Source of the DNA: a virus
Virus record (IMG/VR): IMGVR_UViG_3300032753_000003
Coordinates: 1-64,000 of that record
DNA: 64,000 bases
Direction: 5' to 3' (one strand)
Each line of letters begins with the position of its first letter. The stretch's first letter is position 1. Shown piece by piece: positions 1-9,810 of this stretch. The translations under genes and the position numbers were made by a program. Under the pieces are notes generated by a model. The model ran no database searches, was not told the origin of the DNA, and saw only the letters and a list, made by a program, of their open reading frames with translations.

Positions 1-714
1 CACAACACCAGTTATCATACTAAATTTCCAGAATATATCCATCAGATGATTGGTCTGCCTGTCAATTGGGGATACGCATCTATGCGTTGGTTTCATAAAT
101 TCAGCACCAAAGTTCTTGTAACTACCGAGAGCATGCGAGAAGAATTAGCTGCTAGAGGATTTGAAAGATTGGCTGTATGGAGCAGAGGTGTTGATACTGA
201 CACGTTCAACCCTGATGCAGTCATAGGTGCTATGAGTATACCTAAACCAGTGTTGCTATGTGTTAGTCGAGCCAGTCAAGAGAAAGGTCTAGATGATTTC
301 TGTAAGCTGAAAACATCTGGAAGTAAGATCATGATAGGAGACGGTACATACCTAGATGAACTCAAACTCAAATATCCTGATGTGAGATTTTTAGGTTATA
401 AACACGGTAGAGTATTGGCACATTTTTATGCCAATGCAGATGTATTTGTATTTCCCAGCAAGACTGATACATTTGGGGTAGTTATGCTAGAAGCCAATGC
501 ATGTGGTACACCAGTAGCAGCTTACCCAGTAACAGGTCCAATTGATGTTATAACAGAAGGTGTCAATGGCAGCATGAACAAGGATTTGTCTGTTGCTGTG
601 AATAATGCTATAGAATGCGATAGATCAGTTGTAGCAGAATATGTTAAGAAATACAGTTGGAGAGCATGTACCGAAACATTTCTAGCCAATCTACCAATGA
701 TAGATCGCAACTAA
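1..714 (+). CDS. GT4 (GT-B) glycosyltransferase, 5'-truncated by window edge
   Basis: Frame open from base 1 (HNTSYHTKFPEY); RGVD, SQEKGL and FVFPSKTDTFGVVMLEANACGTPV are GT4 motifs. Confidence 0.9.
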   Translation, partial: HNTSYHTKFPEYIHQMIGLPVNWGYASMRWFHKFSTKVLVTTESMREELAARGFERLAVWSRGVDTDTFNPDAVIGAMSIPKPVLLCVSRASQEKGLDDFCKLKTSGSKIMIGDGTYLDELKLKYPDVRFLGYKHGRVLAHFYANADVFVFPSKTDTFGVVMLEANACGTPVAAYPVTGPIDVITEGVNGSMNKDLSVAVNNAIECDRSVVAEYVKKYSWRACTETFLANLPMIDRN

Positions 715-719
715 CACAA

Positions 720-878
720 TCAATGATGCCAGTATGGTAACCAACTAGGCCAAGTTATCCAACCTTCATAGACTGCAAATATCAACGATAGATAGAATAT
801 AGCTTTGAGTGTATAGAATACTACAACTGCAATACCGCCTCGTTTTAACCATTTGTTGTGTTTTAGTTTGTACCACAT
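720..878 (-). CDS. small membrane protein (52 aa, below ORF-track cutoff)
   Basis: Manual translation MWYKLKHNKWLKRGGIAVVVFYTLKAIFYLSLIFAVYEGWITWPSWLPYWHH; ATG overlaps stop of upstream ORF. Confidence 0.55.
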   Translation of the reverse strand: MWYKLKHNKWLKRGGIAVVVFYTLKAIFYLSLIFAVYEGWITWPSWLPYWHH

Positions 879-1064
879 TTATTGTTGTCCTAACCACCAT
901 ATGACTACTGTGTACATCATAGCTAATCCTAGAGTTATGTTTAACCAAATTGGCAAAGGAAATTCTTGACCAGCTGTAAGTACAAACAATAATGCTAGAA
1001 ATAACTTATGGTTTGTGAAAATATATACTATGCTATTACCAAAAGCTACCAACAATCTTTTCAT
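879..1064 (-). CDS. small two-TM membrane protein
   Basis: Two hydrophobic segments in 61 aa. Confidence 0.55.
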   Translation of the reverse strand: MKRLLVAFGNSIVYIFTNHKLFLALLFVLTAGQEFPLPIWLNITLGLAMMYTVVIWWLGQQ

Positions 1065-1081
1065 AAGTTTATTTATGGATA

Positions 1082-1107
1082 CAAAAAGAGGTGCAAACGC
1101 ACCTCTT
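1082..1107 (-). terminator. intrinsic terminator
   Basis: AAGAGGTGC-N4-GCACCTCTT hairpin followed by TTTTTG on minus strand. Confidence 0.75.
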
Positions 1108-1134
1108 AATGATCAATATATGTGAGTGATTGAG

Positions 1135-1872
1135 TTATCGTACTTTAGCAGGGAAGATGAACTTGTATACACCTACGCCTGTGCTAAGCTTCACTTGTAT
1201 AACACCCTTTGTACTGAAACTCATTTCACAATCTGCTGAATCAGCAAGCTTCAGCGCTGACTGTATATGAGAAATCTTCCAACGATGCTGGCTGTCAAAG
1301 GTAGAAGATAGTCCTGTAGCAAACACAGCGCCACCTCGCTGATTTGCTGCATTATCCTCGCCGATGTAGAACCGTAGTTCACCGTCCTGAATCTTTGGAA
1401 TAAAATAATGTTCATATGAACCTAGTCCATTAGCAGCCCATGCAAACTGCTGTATGTGATTCTTAGTTGGCTTGATTACTACATCCCAAACCGGCTCCTT
1501 GAATATAGGTTGATCTGGAACCAACTGCTTGCTCATAAACCTATATGTTACGAAGGTCTTTGACTTGTTTACATAGTTGAGCTCGATCGGAACATTTTCA
1601 TTGTTGCGATCCTCGTATATCACACTGAGCTTGCTGTCAGGACTGCTAAATTCCTGATCACTAATGATATGACCTAGCAATGACAAGTTGCTAAGACCAA
1701 ATTCTCCGTTTAACTCGCTAACTGGCTTGTTAAATGAACCTTTGAAGACTACTTCTTTGTCTTTTTCCATAGCTTCAATTAGTACACCCTTGGTATCAGC
1801 TGTAACTTTGATCTTCTCAAAAAATCCTGTGCTGATTACGTTCTTAACAATATCCTGAATATGATCTTTCAC
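1135..1872 (-). CDS. probable DNA polymerase sliding clamp / processivity factor (gp45-like)
   Basis: 245 aa, size and alternating beta pattern typical of clamps; next to polymerase; MK..QDIV...GF..EFGL.NL pattern recalled from jumbo-phage clamp homologs. Confidence 0.55.
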   Translation of the reverse strand: MKDHIQDIVKNVISTGFFEKIKVTADTKGVLIEAMEKDKEVVFKGSFNKPVSELNGEFGLSNLSLLGHIISDQEFSSPDSKLSVIYEDRNNENVPIELNYVNKSKTFVTYRFMSKQLVPDQPIFKEPVWDVVIKPTKNHIQQFAWAANGLGSYEHYFIPKIQDGELRFYIGEDNAANQRGGAVFATGLSSTFDSQHRWKISHIQSALKLADSADCEMSFSTKGVIQVKLSTGVGVYKFIFPAKVR

Positions 1873-2078
1873 TTGTATGCTCCTATCTTATCACCAACAC
1901 GTTCTTGTGATACTTCCTCTTGCCTAAGTTTAACGTTCTTAGATATCATATCATCGCTCCATCCTAGCAATTCTCCAATTATAAATCGCTTACTGAGATA
2001 GCTAGGTGCAATGCTCAAAGCTTCAAATACAGTTTTAAGCTCTGCAGGAGTATATGTTGTACTCTTGTTTGTTGCCAT
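1869..2078 (-). CDS. small protein resembling the C-terminal segment of T4-like portal protein
   Basis: PSYLSKRFIIGELLGWSDDMISKN..L.QEE pattern; own AGGAG SD and sigma70-like promoter. Confidence 0.5.
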   Translation of the reverse strand: MATNKSTTYTPAELKTVFEALSIAPSYLSKRFIIGELLGWSDDMISKNVKLRQEEVSQERVGDKIGAYK

Positions 2079-2134
2079 TTGATTCTCCTATACATACAGT
2101 ATATTGTTCTTTAATGATGTGTCAAGTGCAACAT

Positions 2135-3382
2135 CTAGAAACTAAACAAGCTATCAAAGCTGCTGTCATTCTTGCTGGCTTTGAGATCCCACTTGAGAAC
2201 GCCTAATAGGTTGTCTATCTTTTTGTCAATCAAAGCTTCTTCCATTGCATCATGATCAAATGGCAGGTCCTTAAACCAATGAGGTAGTGTAAGCTGATCT
2301 ACAGGATATGCTACACTGGTAATACCAGACGGATTTGGTTTAAGTTTACAAACAATAACCTTAGCACCGTCGCTGATTTCCATGCTGTAATGATCGTTAT
2401 AGATCTTCTTGAGTTTGTTCCAATTTAAGCTGGCTAACACGTGACCCGGTAACATGGTCTTTTTGGTAACAATGTTACTGATAGTTGTACTCTCCATCTG
2501 TTTCTGTAAGTGACTGTAATGCGTCATTTTGTTAGCACGCTTTGGAGATCCTTTTAGCCATGGATCCCAACTTCTAAACTGTTGACGGAAGTCAGCTATC
2601 TGTTGTATAGCTTCAGATTCTGTAGCACCCGTTAGCACCTTAACAAGTACATCACTCAAGAAGTCTTGCACCGATTTAGGAGTGTCCGATCGCTTGAGAT
2701 CCAATCCCATAGCTTTGATCTCACCCGGCTTACCATTTTGATCCTTGCGCTTGCCTTCCTTGTCAAATATAAGAACTGCATATCTCTTCTTGGTGATGAA
2801 CAATCCTTTTAGAGCGCACAGTTCTCTAGCTGCTTTGATGATAGCACCATTTTCTGGCGGACATCCAAACGCACGACCCATGAAGTCTGAGAAGCTAGCA
2901 TTGGTTAAGTCTGCTATCTTGTCATAGAGGTCAATTACGTTTTCTTTAGACCATTCATAGTCTTTGAAGTCTTCTTGATCCTTCATTACAGGGTATGCGG
3001 AGAAATATTGACTGTCTGTATCGGAATAAATGCATGCATCGCCAACATGGTCGTATTTTCCTGTAATAATTTCATTAATTTTAGATCCCATATGCTTAAC
3101 AATGCAACGACCACTCAGAGTGGTGCTCTGCGCAATACGTTGGTCAAACCATCTACTTCCGGGGTTAGCAATGCTCCCGTAAAGCGAATTTAATTTGATT
3201 TTTTCAATAAGTTGCCTTTGATCATAAAAGTCTCGTTGATATGTATAATATTTTTTGTTATTTGGAACTATTTTTCCGTTTTCTAATTTCAGATCAAACT
3301 CTTCCATATAAGCTTTTAACCCTACATAATCTTCTTTATTTAAAAAATCTTTTATAATTTCAATATCGTATTCTTTATCCAT
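2135..3382 (-). CDS. family-B DNA polymerase, C-terminal half (gp43B-like)
   Basis: Motif B KIKLNSLYG, motif C YSDTDS, KKRYAV, GLDLKRSD; own SD (AGGA). Confidence 0.95.
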   Translation of the reverse strand: MDKEYDIEIIKDFLNKEDYVGLKAYMEEFDLKLENGKIVPNNKKYYTYQRDFYDQRQLIEKIKLNSLYGSIANPGSRWFDQRIAQSTTLSGRCIVKHMGSKINEIITGKYDHVGDACIYSDTDSQYFSAYPVMKDQEDFKDYEWSKENVIDLYDKIADLTNASFSDFMGRAFGCPPENGAIIKAARELCALKGLFITKKRYAVLIFDKEGKRKDQNGKPGEIKAMGLDLKRSDTPKSVQDFLSDVLVKVLTGATESEAIQQIADFRQQFRSWDPWLKGSPKRANKMTHYSHLQKQMESTTISNIVTKKTMLPGHVLASLNWNKLKKIYNDHYSMEISDGAKVIVCKLKPNPSGITSVAYPVDQLTLPHWFKDLPFDHDAMEEALIDKKIDNLLGVLKWDLKASKNDSSFDSLFSF

Positions 3383-3425
3383 GTTAAATATTCCTATACA
3401 GCATTACGTAACTTAGGAGTGAGCA

Positions 3426-4336
3426 ATGAATGATATGGTAAAATGCGAAATTTGTCAAAATTTATTTAGGAGAATAACTCGAACACATTTAAACAAGCAT
3501 AACATAACCACAGCTGAATACATCCTCTTATACCCTAATAGTAACTTGATATGCGAAAGTTTACTATACGAAACTGGAAAATATTTTAGAGAAAATAATC
3601 CAATGAAGGTTGAAGAGTTAAAAGAAAAAGTTGCGTCAGTTCATAGAGGGAAACCAAAATCTGAAGAACATAAACGTAAACTCAGCGATTCTCAGGTGGG
3701 AGAAAAAAGCCATATGTGGGGAAAGAAAAGACCAGAACATTCTGCCCATATGAAAGAAATTATGCCAAATATTATGAGAGAATATTATTCTGATGGAAAA
3801 CCGGGTCATAATAAAGGTAAAAAACTTAATTTAACTAACGAACAACGACAGGAAATGTCTAATAGAAATAAAGGTAAACGTAAATGGCCAAACGGTAATC
3901 CAAACAAAGGTAAAAAGTTAAATCTAAGTGATGAACAAAGAAGAAATAGATCTATTAAAAGTTCTAACTGGCTAAAATCTAATAAAATGAAAAATCTTAT
4001 ACAAACATAGAAATTTTATTTAAATCTTGGTGCGAATCACAAAATTTAATATATGAACATCAGTATATTCTTAATACTCCAAAGAACGCATGGGTTTATG
4101 ATTTTTATATACCTTCATTGAATATGTTAGTTGAACTAGATGGAGAATTTTGGCATTCTAAGAAAAAACAGATAAATAGAGATATTTTAAAAACAAATGC
4201 AGCGTATGATCAAAAATTCTTATTTTGTAGACTTTCATCAGATGATTTAAATTTTAACATGATTTATAAATCATCTGAAGAATTAAAACTACATAATCAT
4301 AATATAATAAACAATAGGTTATCTAAACATTTGTAA
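3426..4336 (+). pseudogene. homing endonuclease (Zn-finger + NUMOD3 + Vsr/DUF559-like nuclease) with a frameshift near 3983-3991
   Basis: ORF 3426-4010 holds DNA-binding repeats; another frame opens at 3986 and reads KSYTNIEILFKSWCE...YDFYIPSLNMLVELDGEFWHS. Confidence 0.85.
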
Positions 4337-5990
4337 GTTTGTCAATTTGTTCTTGTGTTAACGTAACTCCGTCTGCTAATGCAGCATATTTTCTCATTGT
4401 TTTTTGCATCTCCTTGCGTTCAGCATACCACCGAGACAACACGCTGGGGATCAATCCAGGTTTGCTATAGTCAAATATAGTACCATTAGCACTTAGCGTT
4501 AATTTCTTACCGCTCTTGAAGATGAGATCATATACTTCCTTAGCTGTTACTACCGCTTCTGAACCGTCTTCAAAGTCAATCTTGAGAGGAGTGTTATTCT
4601 TCTCCATAACAGCTTGATATTCTAAGCTACCAAACACACTATTCCATGCATCTGCAAAGCTTTTCTTTTCTTGCTGTACTTTGATCTTGATAAATTGGTC
4701 AGTCATATCTGGACGAATCTGTCCCACAATGGTTTCTGCACTCATGTTGAGCGCACGAATGGTGCTGGGATATAGACTGTTGATGTCAACACCGCCAATC
4801 CAATCGTGCATACCAGGTTTTGGATCTGCAACATATGCACCAACCACTGAGCCGCCCATTTCAGTTTCTTCTGCCCAACGAGCTTCCTTCTCTTCTTCAG
4901 TTTCTCGTATTCTGGTTGGTACCATTAGACCTAGATCATGTGCAGCATTTACAATTGCTTGATCAATTAGTGCAACAGCGCCCATAGTAGTCTGCAACAG
5001 AACACAATTGGTATGTGCGATGTTATTGGCTAGATCAATGAACTTTAGTTTGGCATCGATCTTTACCAACAGCAAAACGTCCTGTCGGTTATATTCTATG
5101 AACTTCTTAAAATCGCTGTTATACAGTTGATCTAGAGTGCCTTCATACTGCGTCTTCTTCTCCTTAACCTCATACTCGCCCACGAAGTCAAGTCTATAAC
5201 TATGCATCTCGTGGTAGGTATGCTTGCGATACAATTGCAAATAATCCAAGTGTACACGTCCAACTAGATCATATGTTACAGTCTCGCGACCATATGATTC
5301 ATATTCACGCTTCTTAGGATATTTGCCCCAAAGGCATAGCTTGCGAGTTTCGTCCTTGCCTAGCACCTCTACAATACGATTGTGAATGTAGGGAATATCA
5401 AAGCCCTCTGAGTTCCAACCTGACAATATGTCGCAGTCTTCAATCAATTCTAGAAACACGCTTAGCAACTGCTTTTCGTTATCGCAAAGGACTGTGTCCT
5501 CAAATTCATCAACAATGGCCTGTGCTGCGGCTTGACTCATAGCTTTTGGCTTAAGCACAAGCGTAAAATTACGCTCTAGCCAATTTAAGTACACGCTAAT
5601 TGCTGTTATAGGTGAGAATGCGTCATCGGGGCTGCTAAAACCTCTAGCCGGATCAAAATCCGTTTCAATATCGAAGAACCCTATGTGCAAATTGGGGCTT
5701 GGTTGATCTTTATAGTGATCATACAAGCATCTGAAGATAGGATTGATATCTGTTTCGTGTAGCTTACTCTTGGGTATGAGCCCAAGTTCGCGCTGGAACT
5801 CTTTAATCTTTGTAGTTTGAAATTTTTCTAGCTTAATTCCAAATATACTTGTAGCTTTGCCCTTTTCGCTGGGCCAATATGCTACGTATTTTGTTGGGTG
5901 TGTAACAAGTAATCTTTTACCGTTTTTATCTCGTTCAGCAACAAGAATAAGATTCTTCTCGCGTTCACAAATTGCATCCACATAACTCAT
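4323..5990 (-). CDS. family-B DNA polymerase, N-terminal half (3'-5' exonuclease + motif A; gp43A-like)
   Basis: ExoI FFDIETD, ExoII GWNSEGFDIPY, ExoIII YNRQD, motif A VDINSLYPS; ends after first fingers helix RWYAERK. Confidence 0.95.
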   Translation of the reverse strand: MSYVDAICEREKNLILVAERDKNGKRLLVTHPTKYVAYWPSEKGKATSIFGIKLEKFQTTKIKEFQRELGLIPKSKLHETDINPIFRCLYDHYKDQPSPNLHIGFFDIETDFDPARGFSSPDDAFSPITAISVYLNWLERNFTLVLKPKAMSQAAAQAIVDEFEDTVLCDNEKQLLSVFLELIEDCDILSGWNSEGFDIPYIHNRIVEVLGKDETRKLCLWGKYPKKREYESYGRETVTYDLVGRVHLDYLQLYRKHTYHEMHSYRLDFVGEYEVKEKKTQYEGTLDQLYNSDFKKFIEYNRQDVLLLVKIDAKLKFIDLANNIAHTNCVLLQTTMGAVALIDQAIVNAAHDLGLMVPTRIRETEEEKEARWAEETEMGGSVVGAYVADPKPGMHDWIGGVDINSLYPSTIRALNMSAETIVGQIRPDMTDQFIKIKVQQEKKSFADAWNSVFGSLEYQAVMEKNNTPLKIDFEDGSEAVVTAKEVYDLIFKSGKKLTLSANGTIFDYSKPGLIPSVLSRWYAERKEMQKTMRKYAALADGVTLTQEQIDKLTNV

Positions 5991-6048
5991 TTTACTACCT
6001 TTTCTACCGCTTAATGGCCGGCTAACCTTACTACATACTAACTTTACG

Positions 6049-7041
6049 TTAGCGTTGCATATTTAAATATGCACTACTAGTATACCATTGATAAGCGTCA
6101 GAAACAACTTTATCAAGGTCATGTATTGGCGCCCAACCTAACTCTTTATGTATTTTAGTGACATCTGCTATACGCCACGCAGGGTCACCCGAGCGTCTTG
6201 GACCTTCAACAGTCTTTACCTTTTTACCAGTAACTCGTTCAACTGCTGACAGTATATCAAGCACACTATATCCTGAACCACTACCAATATTATACACATA
6301 ATGTCCAGGACTATTAATAAGCCAGGATATACCCATAACATGCGCTACAGCTATATCATTTACGTGTACGTAATCTCTTACACAGGTTCCGTCCTTAGTA
6401 GGCCAATCAGTACCGTTAATAACAAACTCTGTGTCTGCTAACAAACAATCCATAACCCTTGCAATAACGTGTGATGCGTTAGGCAACTGGCCTAAGTTCA
6501 ACTTTGGTGATGCTCCTACAGCATTGAAGTATCTAAATGCAATACTATTGATACCGTATGCTGTAAAGTAATCACCTAGTATCATTTCACCAGCTTGCTT
6601 AGTCCTACCATATGGACTGATAGGGTTAAGCAACTCTGTTTCATTTGACAGAGTTACACCATCGCCGTCTCCGTATACGCTGCTACTTGAACTAAAAATC
6701 ACATTGTTGTGCTTATTATCGCGCAAGTGATTCATAAATTTCAATAAGCTGCATACGTTGTTATCGTAATACTTTGCAGGATTGTTTACACTAGGCGTTA
6801 CAAGACTAGAAGCTGCGCAATGTATAATTGCAAGTGGCTTCACAACATCAATGACATCTAATGCTAACTTGCTTGCATAATCATCATTTACAATTTCATC
6901 TGCAAATGCGTGAGTATGCGGAGCTAATGCTGCATTTTGATCAATGACAAGCGTCTTGTACTTTGTGTCTCGCTTTAAGGAGGCTGCGATATGACTACCT
7001 ACGTATCCGGCGCCGCCTGTAACTACAATCCATTCACTCAT
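6049..7041 (-). CDS. galE: UDP-glucose 4-epimerase
   Basis: VTGGAGYVGSH, FSSSS, PYGRTK, FRYFNAVGA, VRDYVHVND. Confidence 0.92.
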   Translation of the reverse strand: MSEWIVVTGGAGYVGSHIAASLKRDTKYKTLVIDQNAALAPHTHAFADEIVNDDYASKLALDVIDVVKPLAIIHCAASSLVTPSVNNPAKYYDNNVCSLLKFMNHLRDNKHNNVIFSSSSSVYGDGDGVTLSNETELLNPISPYGRTKQAGEMILGDYFTAYGINSIAFRYFNAVGASPKLNLGQLPNASHVIARVMDCLLADTEFVINGTDWPTKDGTCVRDYVHVNDIAVAHVMGISWLINSPGHYVYNIGSGSGYSVLDILSAVERVTGKKVKTVEGPRRSGDPAWRIADVTKIHKELGWAPIHDLDKVVSDAYQWYTSSAYLNMQR

Positions 7042-7313
7042 TTAGACTTGCCGACTGCCATCAAGACTTCTTCAACTGCGTCTAGCTCTTCACGACCTTC
7101 TTCAAGTTCGTCGCGGTTTTCGCCCATCTTAACAGCTACCTTGATAGCTTTTGTCAAGACGTTCTTTGGAATTTCCATCTCCTCACTGATAGCTGCAATG
7201 ACTTCTGCAAGACCTTCCTTGAGATTCTTGATATCGTTTGTGACCTGAACACCCTGATTGATTAGGTCCTTAAGCTTGACCTTGTCGCTTTCGCTAACTG
7301 CACCGATACCCAT
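7038..7313 (-). CDS. small dsDNA-binding protein (T4 DsbA / GapR-like)
   Basis: 91 aa helical, IKNLKE.L.EV......E.EIPK.VL.KAIK pattern. Confidence 0.55.
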   Translation of the reverse strand: MGIGAVSESDKVKLKDLINQGVQVTNDIKNLKEGLAEVIAAISEEMEIPKNVLTKAIKVAVKMGENRDELEEGREELDAVEEVLMAVGKSK

Positions 7314-7344
7314 GTTGATGCTCCTTGTTTGTTGTTAATATAAC

Positions 7345-7373
7345 AGTTTATTTGTAGCTGCGGGTATTGTCAA
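7345..7373 (-). promoter_or_regulatory. sigma70-type promoter for dsbA-galE-polymerase operon
   Basis: TTGACA-N17-TAAACT. Confidence 0.7.
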
Positions 7374-7374
7374 C

Positions 7375-9495
7375 TCAAGGCAATATGGCAAAATCGTACA
7401 TTTGGATATTATTGTTTTGTCCAATCCATGTCACAGTATCAGTACTGGTGAAATAGGTATAGGTAGTTAACAAACTGCGTACACCTACTACCCAGTGATC
7501 TATGTACCATATAACACTTATGAACTGATAACCAGGAGCTTCAAATCTATTCCAGATAGCACCATCTAAGCTGTAATAGATTAATCCGCTGCTGACAGCA
7601 ACTATATGACCGCTGGGATTGGTAGCAATTTTGGTAAAATTTGGGCTTGCATAATTAGCAGTAACATAATCTGTACCGCCCCATTGAGGATTTATGAGAC
7701 TGGGAGTATACAAGATATAACCGTATGCTGCGATGTAAAAATTACTGTTGCTATATGTTATATCAAAGAACTGATTATTGTTAAAGATTTCTGGTACATT
7801 AACTCTATCCCAACTTGTACCATCATCTAAACTATACAATAGAACTGGATTACCATTAGATGATCCGCACACTACCCAAACATCTGGATAACTCCAATTG
7901 AACGTAGTAGTATCTGTTATAGCAAATGTTACATATCCTTGAATTTCAAACGTCCATGTGGTTCCGTTGTTTACAACTCCTATAATATTGAATGGTACAT
8001 TTGGCAAAGAGGAGAATGTTACAGTTCCAACTGATTGGCTGGGATTATTTGTGATCAAATCAGCTAATTCTGATAGAAACGGATTGCTAGATTGATCAAC
8101 AGTTACTTCATTTGTTCCTGAGCCTGATTGTATTGGATATGTAATTACCTGTGCTGGTAATATAGCGAATCTCTTAACTCCGTAGTATCTGCTATCGTTA
8201 CTGTTTTCTGCATATACCATAGTCCAACTATCTTCAAATCCTGGATCTGCAATGGTATCGCTGTCGCTGACAAATATTTGAGCTACCTCATCAAATTGAT
8301 TGTGACTGGGTTCATTATTAGCATATTTTTGGCTACCAACTATCATAAAAGTACTGTTATTGCCGTTTTGATTTGTACCTTGAGATATAGCATATGGAGA
8401 GAAATTACCAAATAATATGCTACCGTTAGACCATATTATGCCATCATAACTGCTGCTCACATATCCACTGTCAGATATAGCAGTTATGGTTTGTTGTACA
8501 GTATTAATAGTACTGGTTATGATAACACCACCGCTGCCTACTGCTACAAATGTATTGAAGTGCTTGTTGTATGCTACTCCGTTTAGATTTGCAACAAACC
8601 TAGTATTATCTTGATACCAAGATATTCCATCTTGACTTCTCAATATACTATTATTAAGGCCAACTGCGACTATCTCAGTTAATCCCCAAGTAACTGAAAG
8701 TAGATCTGTTGATATACCAGTAGCAGATATACTCCAATTAACGCCATCTAAACTGGTTATAGCTACACCAGCAGAGCCTACTGCTACATACCGTGTACCT
8801 GTCCAACAAATTCCATAAAGATTTGCAGTTGTTATTCCATTTTCATAACTAGACCAAGTTAATCCGTCTGTACTAGTGCAAATAGTTCCGTTGTTACCTA
8901 CTGCTAAAAATTCTGATCCATTCCATGTTACGGAATTTAAGCTGTATAGAGAGTTCGATGCGATAAATCTCCAATTTTCAGAATCCAACGATATAATTAA
9001 GATCCCATCTGTTCCCACTGCAACAAACATAGTTAACTCTGAAGACCAACACACACTTAGCAATCTCTCGCTTGATCTTAATGATATCAAATTCCAATTT
9101 ACAGCGTCTGTACTGTTTAATACTACACCTGAATCGGCTACAACAACATAATTGGTATTAGATGCAATTACAGAATTGAGATTATATAACACTCCGCTGG
9201 TTTGAGGTATCCAATCATTACCGTCTGTGCTGGTATATATGTATCCGTTTGAGCCAACAGCTATAAACCTATCATATGCCCATGCTACACCATTGAATGT
9301 TGTAACAGTTCCGTTTGACCTAACTATCCAAGGAATATCAGTAGCACACGCTATACCAACACCCTGTTGTCTAGGCAAGAAGGGTTGAGTTATAGCATCA
9401 GTTGAGCTCCACTCGTAACCATCGGGACTTGTTGTAAAGCCGCTCACAGTCACCATGCGATCGTATATTTGTCCTATAGCTAATAATGTGCTCAA
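7375..9495 (-). CDS. beta-propeller repeat protein, probably virion structural
   Basis: Repeated L.SV.W....FVAVG..G.I..S.DG..W units (YCF48/BNR-like). Confidence 0.7.
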   Translation of the reverse strand: MSTLLAIGQIYDRMVTVSGFTTSPDGYEWSSTDAITQPFLPRQQGVGIACATDIPWIVRSNGTVTTFNGVAWAYDRFIAVGSNGYIYTSTDGNDWIPQTSGVLYNLNSVIASNTNYVVVADSGVVLNSTDAVNWNLISLRSSERLLSVCWSSELTMFVAVGTDGILIISLDSENWRFIASNSLYSLNSVTWNGSEFLAVGNNGTICTSTDGLTWSSYENGITTANLYGICWTGTRYVAVGSAGVAITSLDGVNWSISATGISTDLLSVTWGLTEIVAVGLNNSILRSQDGISWYQDNTRFVANLNGVAYNKHFNTFVAVGSGGVIITSTINTVQQTITAISDSGYVSSSYDGIIWSNGSILFGNFSPYAISQGTNQNGNNSTFMIVGSQKYANNEPSHNQFDEVAQIFVSDSDTIADPGFEDSWTMVYAENSNDSRYYGVKRFAILPAQVITYPIQSGSGTNEVTVDQSSNPFLSELADLITNNPSQSVGTVTFSSLPNVPFNIIGVVNNGTTWTFEIQGYVTFAITDTTTFNWSYPDVWVVCGSSNGNPVLLYSLDDGTSWDRVNVPEIFNNNQFFDITYSNSNFYIAAYGYILYTPSLINPQWGGTDYVTANYASPNFTKIATNPSGHIVAVSSGLIYYSLDGAIWNRFEAPGYQFISVIWYIDHWVVGVRSLLTTYTYFTSTDTVTWIGQNNNIQMYDFAILP

Positions 9496-9499
9496 TTTA

Positions 9500-9718
9500 T
9501 CACCTCGAATCTTGAGATTTTATAGGCAACATGTAGTTGGTGTTTTTACCATTGGTTAGATATGGTCTGCTGAACCACTTGTGAAAGAAGTCGGGATCCT
9601 CTTGCCATTCGTTGTTACCTTGAAATGTAAGAGGACTCTGCGTGCCATCTGTCTTTATACGTTCAGGTGCAGGTTTACCATACACTCCCCAATTGTCGAC
9701 AAACTCGTACAATCTCAT
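9500..9718 (-). CDS. small hypothetical protein with MRLYEF leader
   Basis: Start reassigned to 9718 (AGAGGT SD, upstream GTAAATA). Confidence 0.6.
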   Translation of the reverse strand: MRLYEFVDNWGVYGKPAPERIKTDGTQSPLTFQGNNEWQEDPDFFHKWFSRPYLTNGKNTNYMLPIKSQDSR

Positions 9719-9810
9719 AGAATTACCTCTGTAGTATATGTTATTTACTCCGCAATGCTGTGATATTTTGAAGGTTAAATACTGTGTTATCAAACCATAA
9801 GGATATTAAT

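Noticed and set aside
3383-4322. Group I intron or intein in the DNA polymerase
   Set aside because: No Cys/His-Asn intein termini, the insert ORF is antisense, the downstream half has its own SD, and no intron core was recognised.
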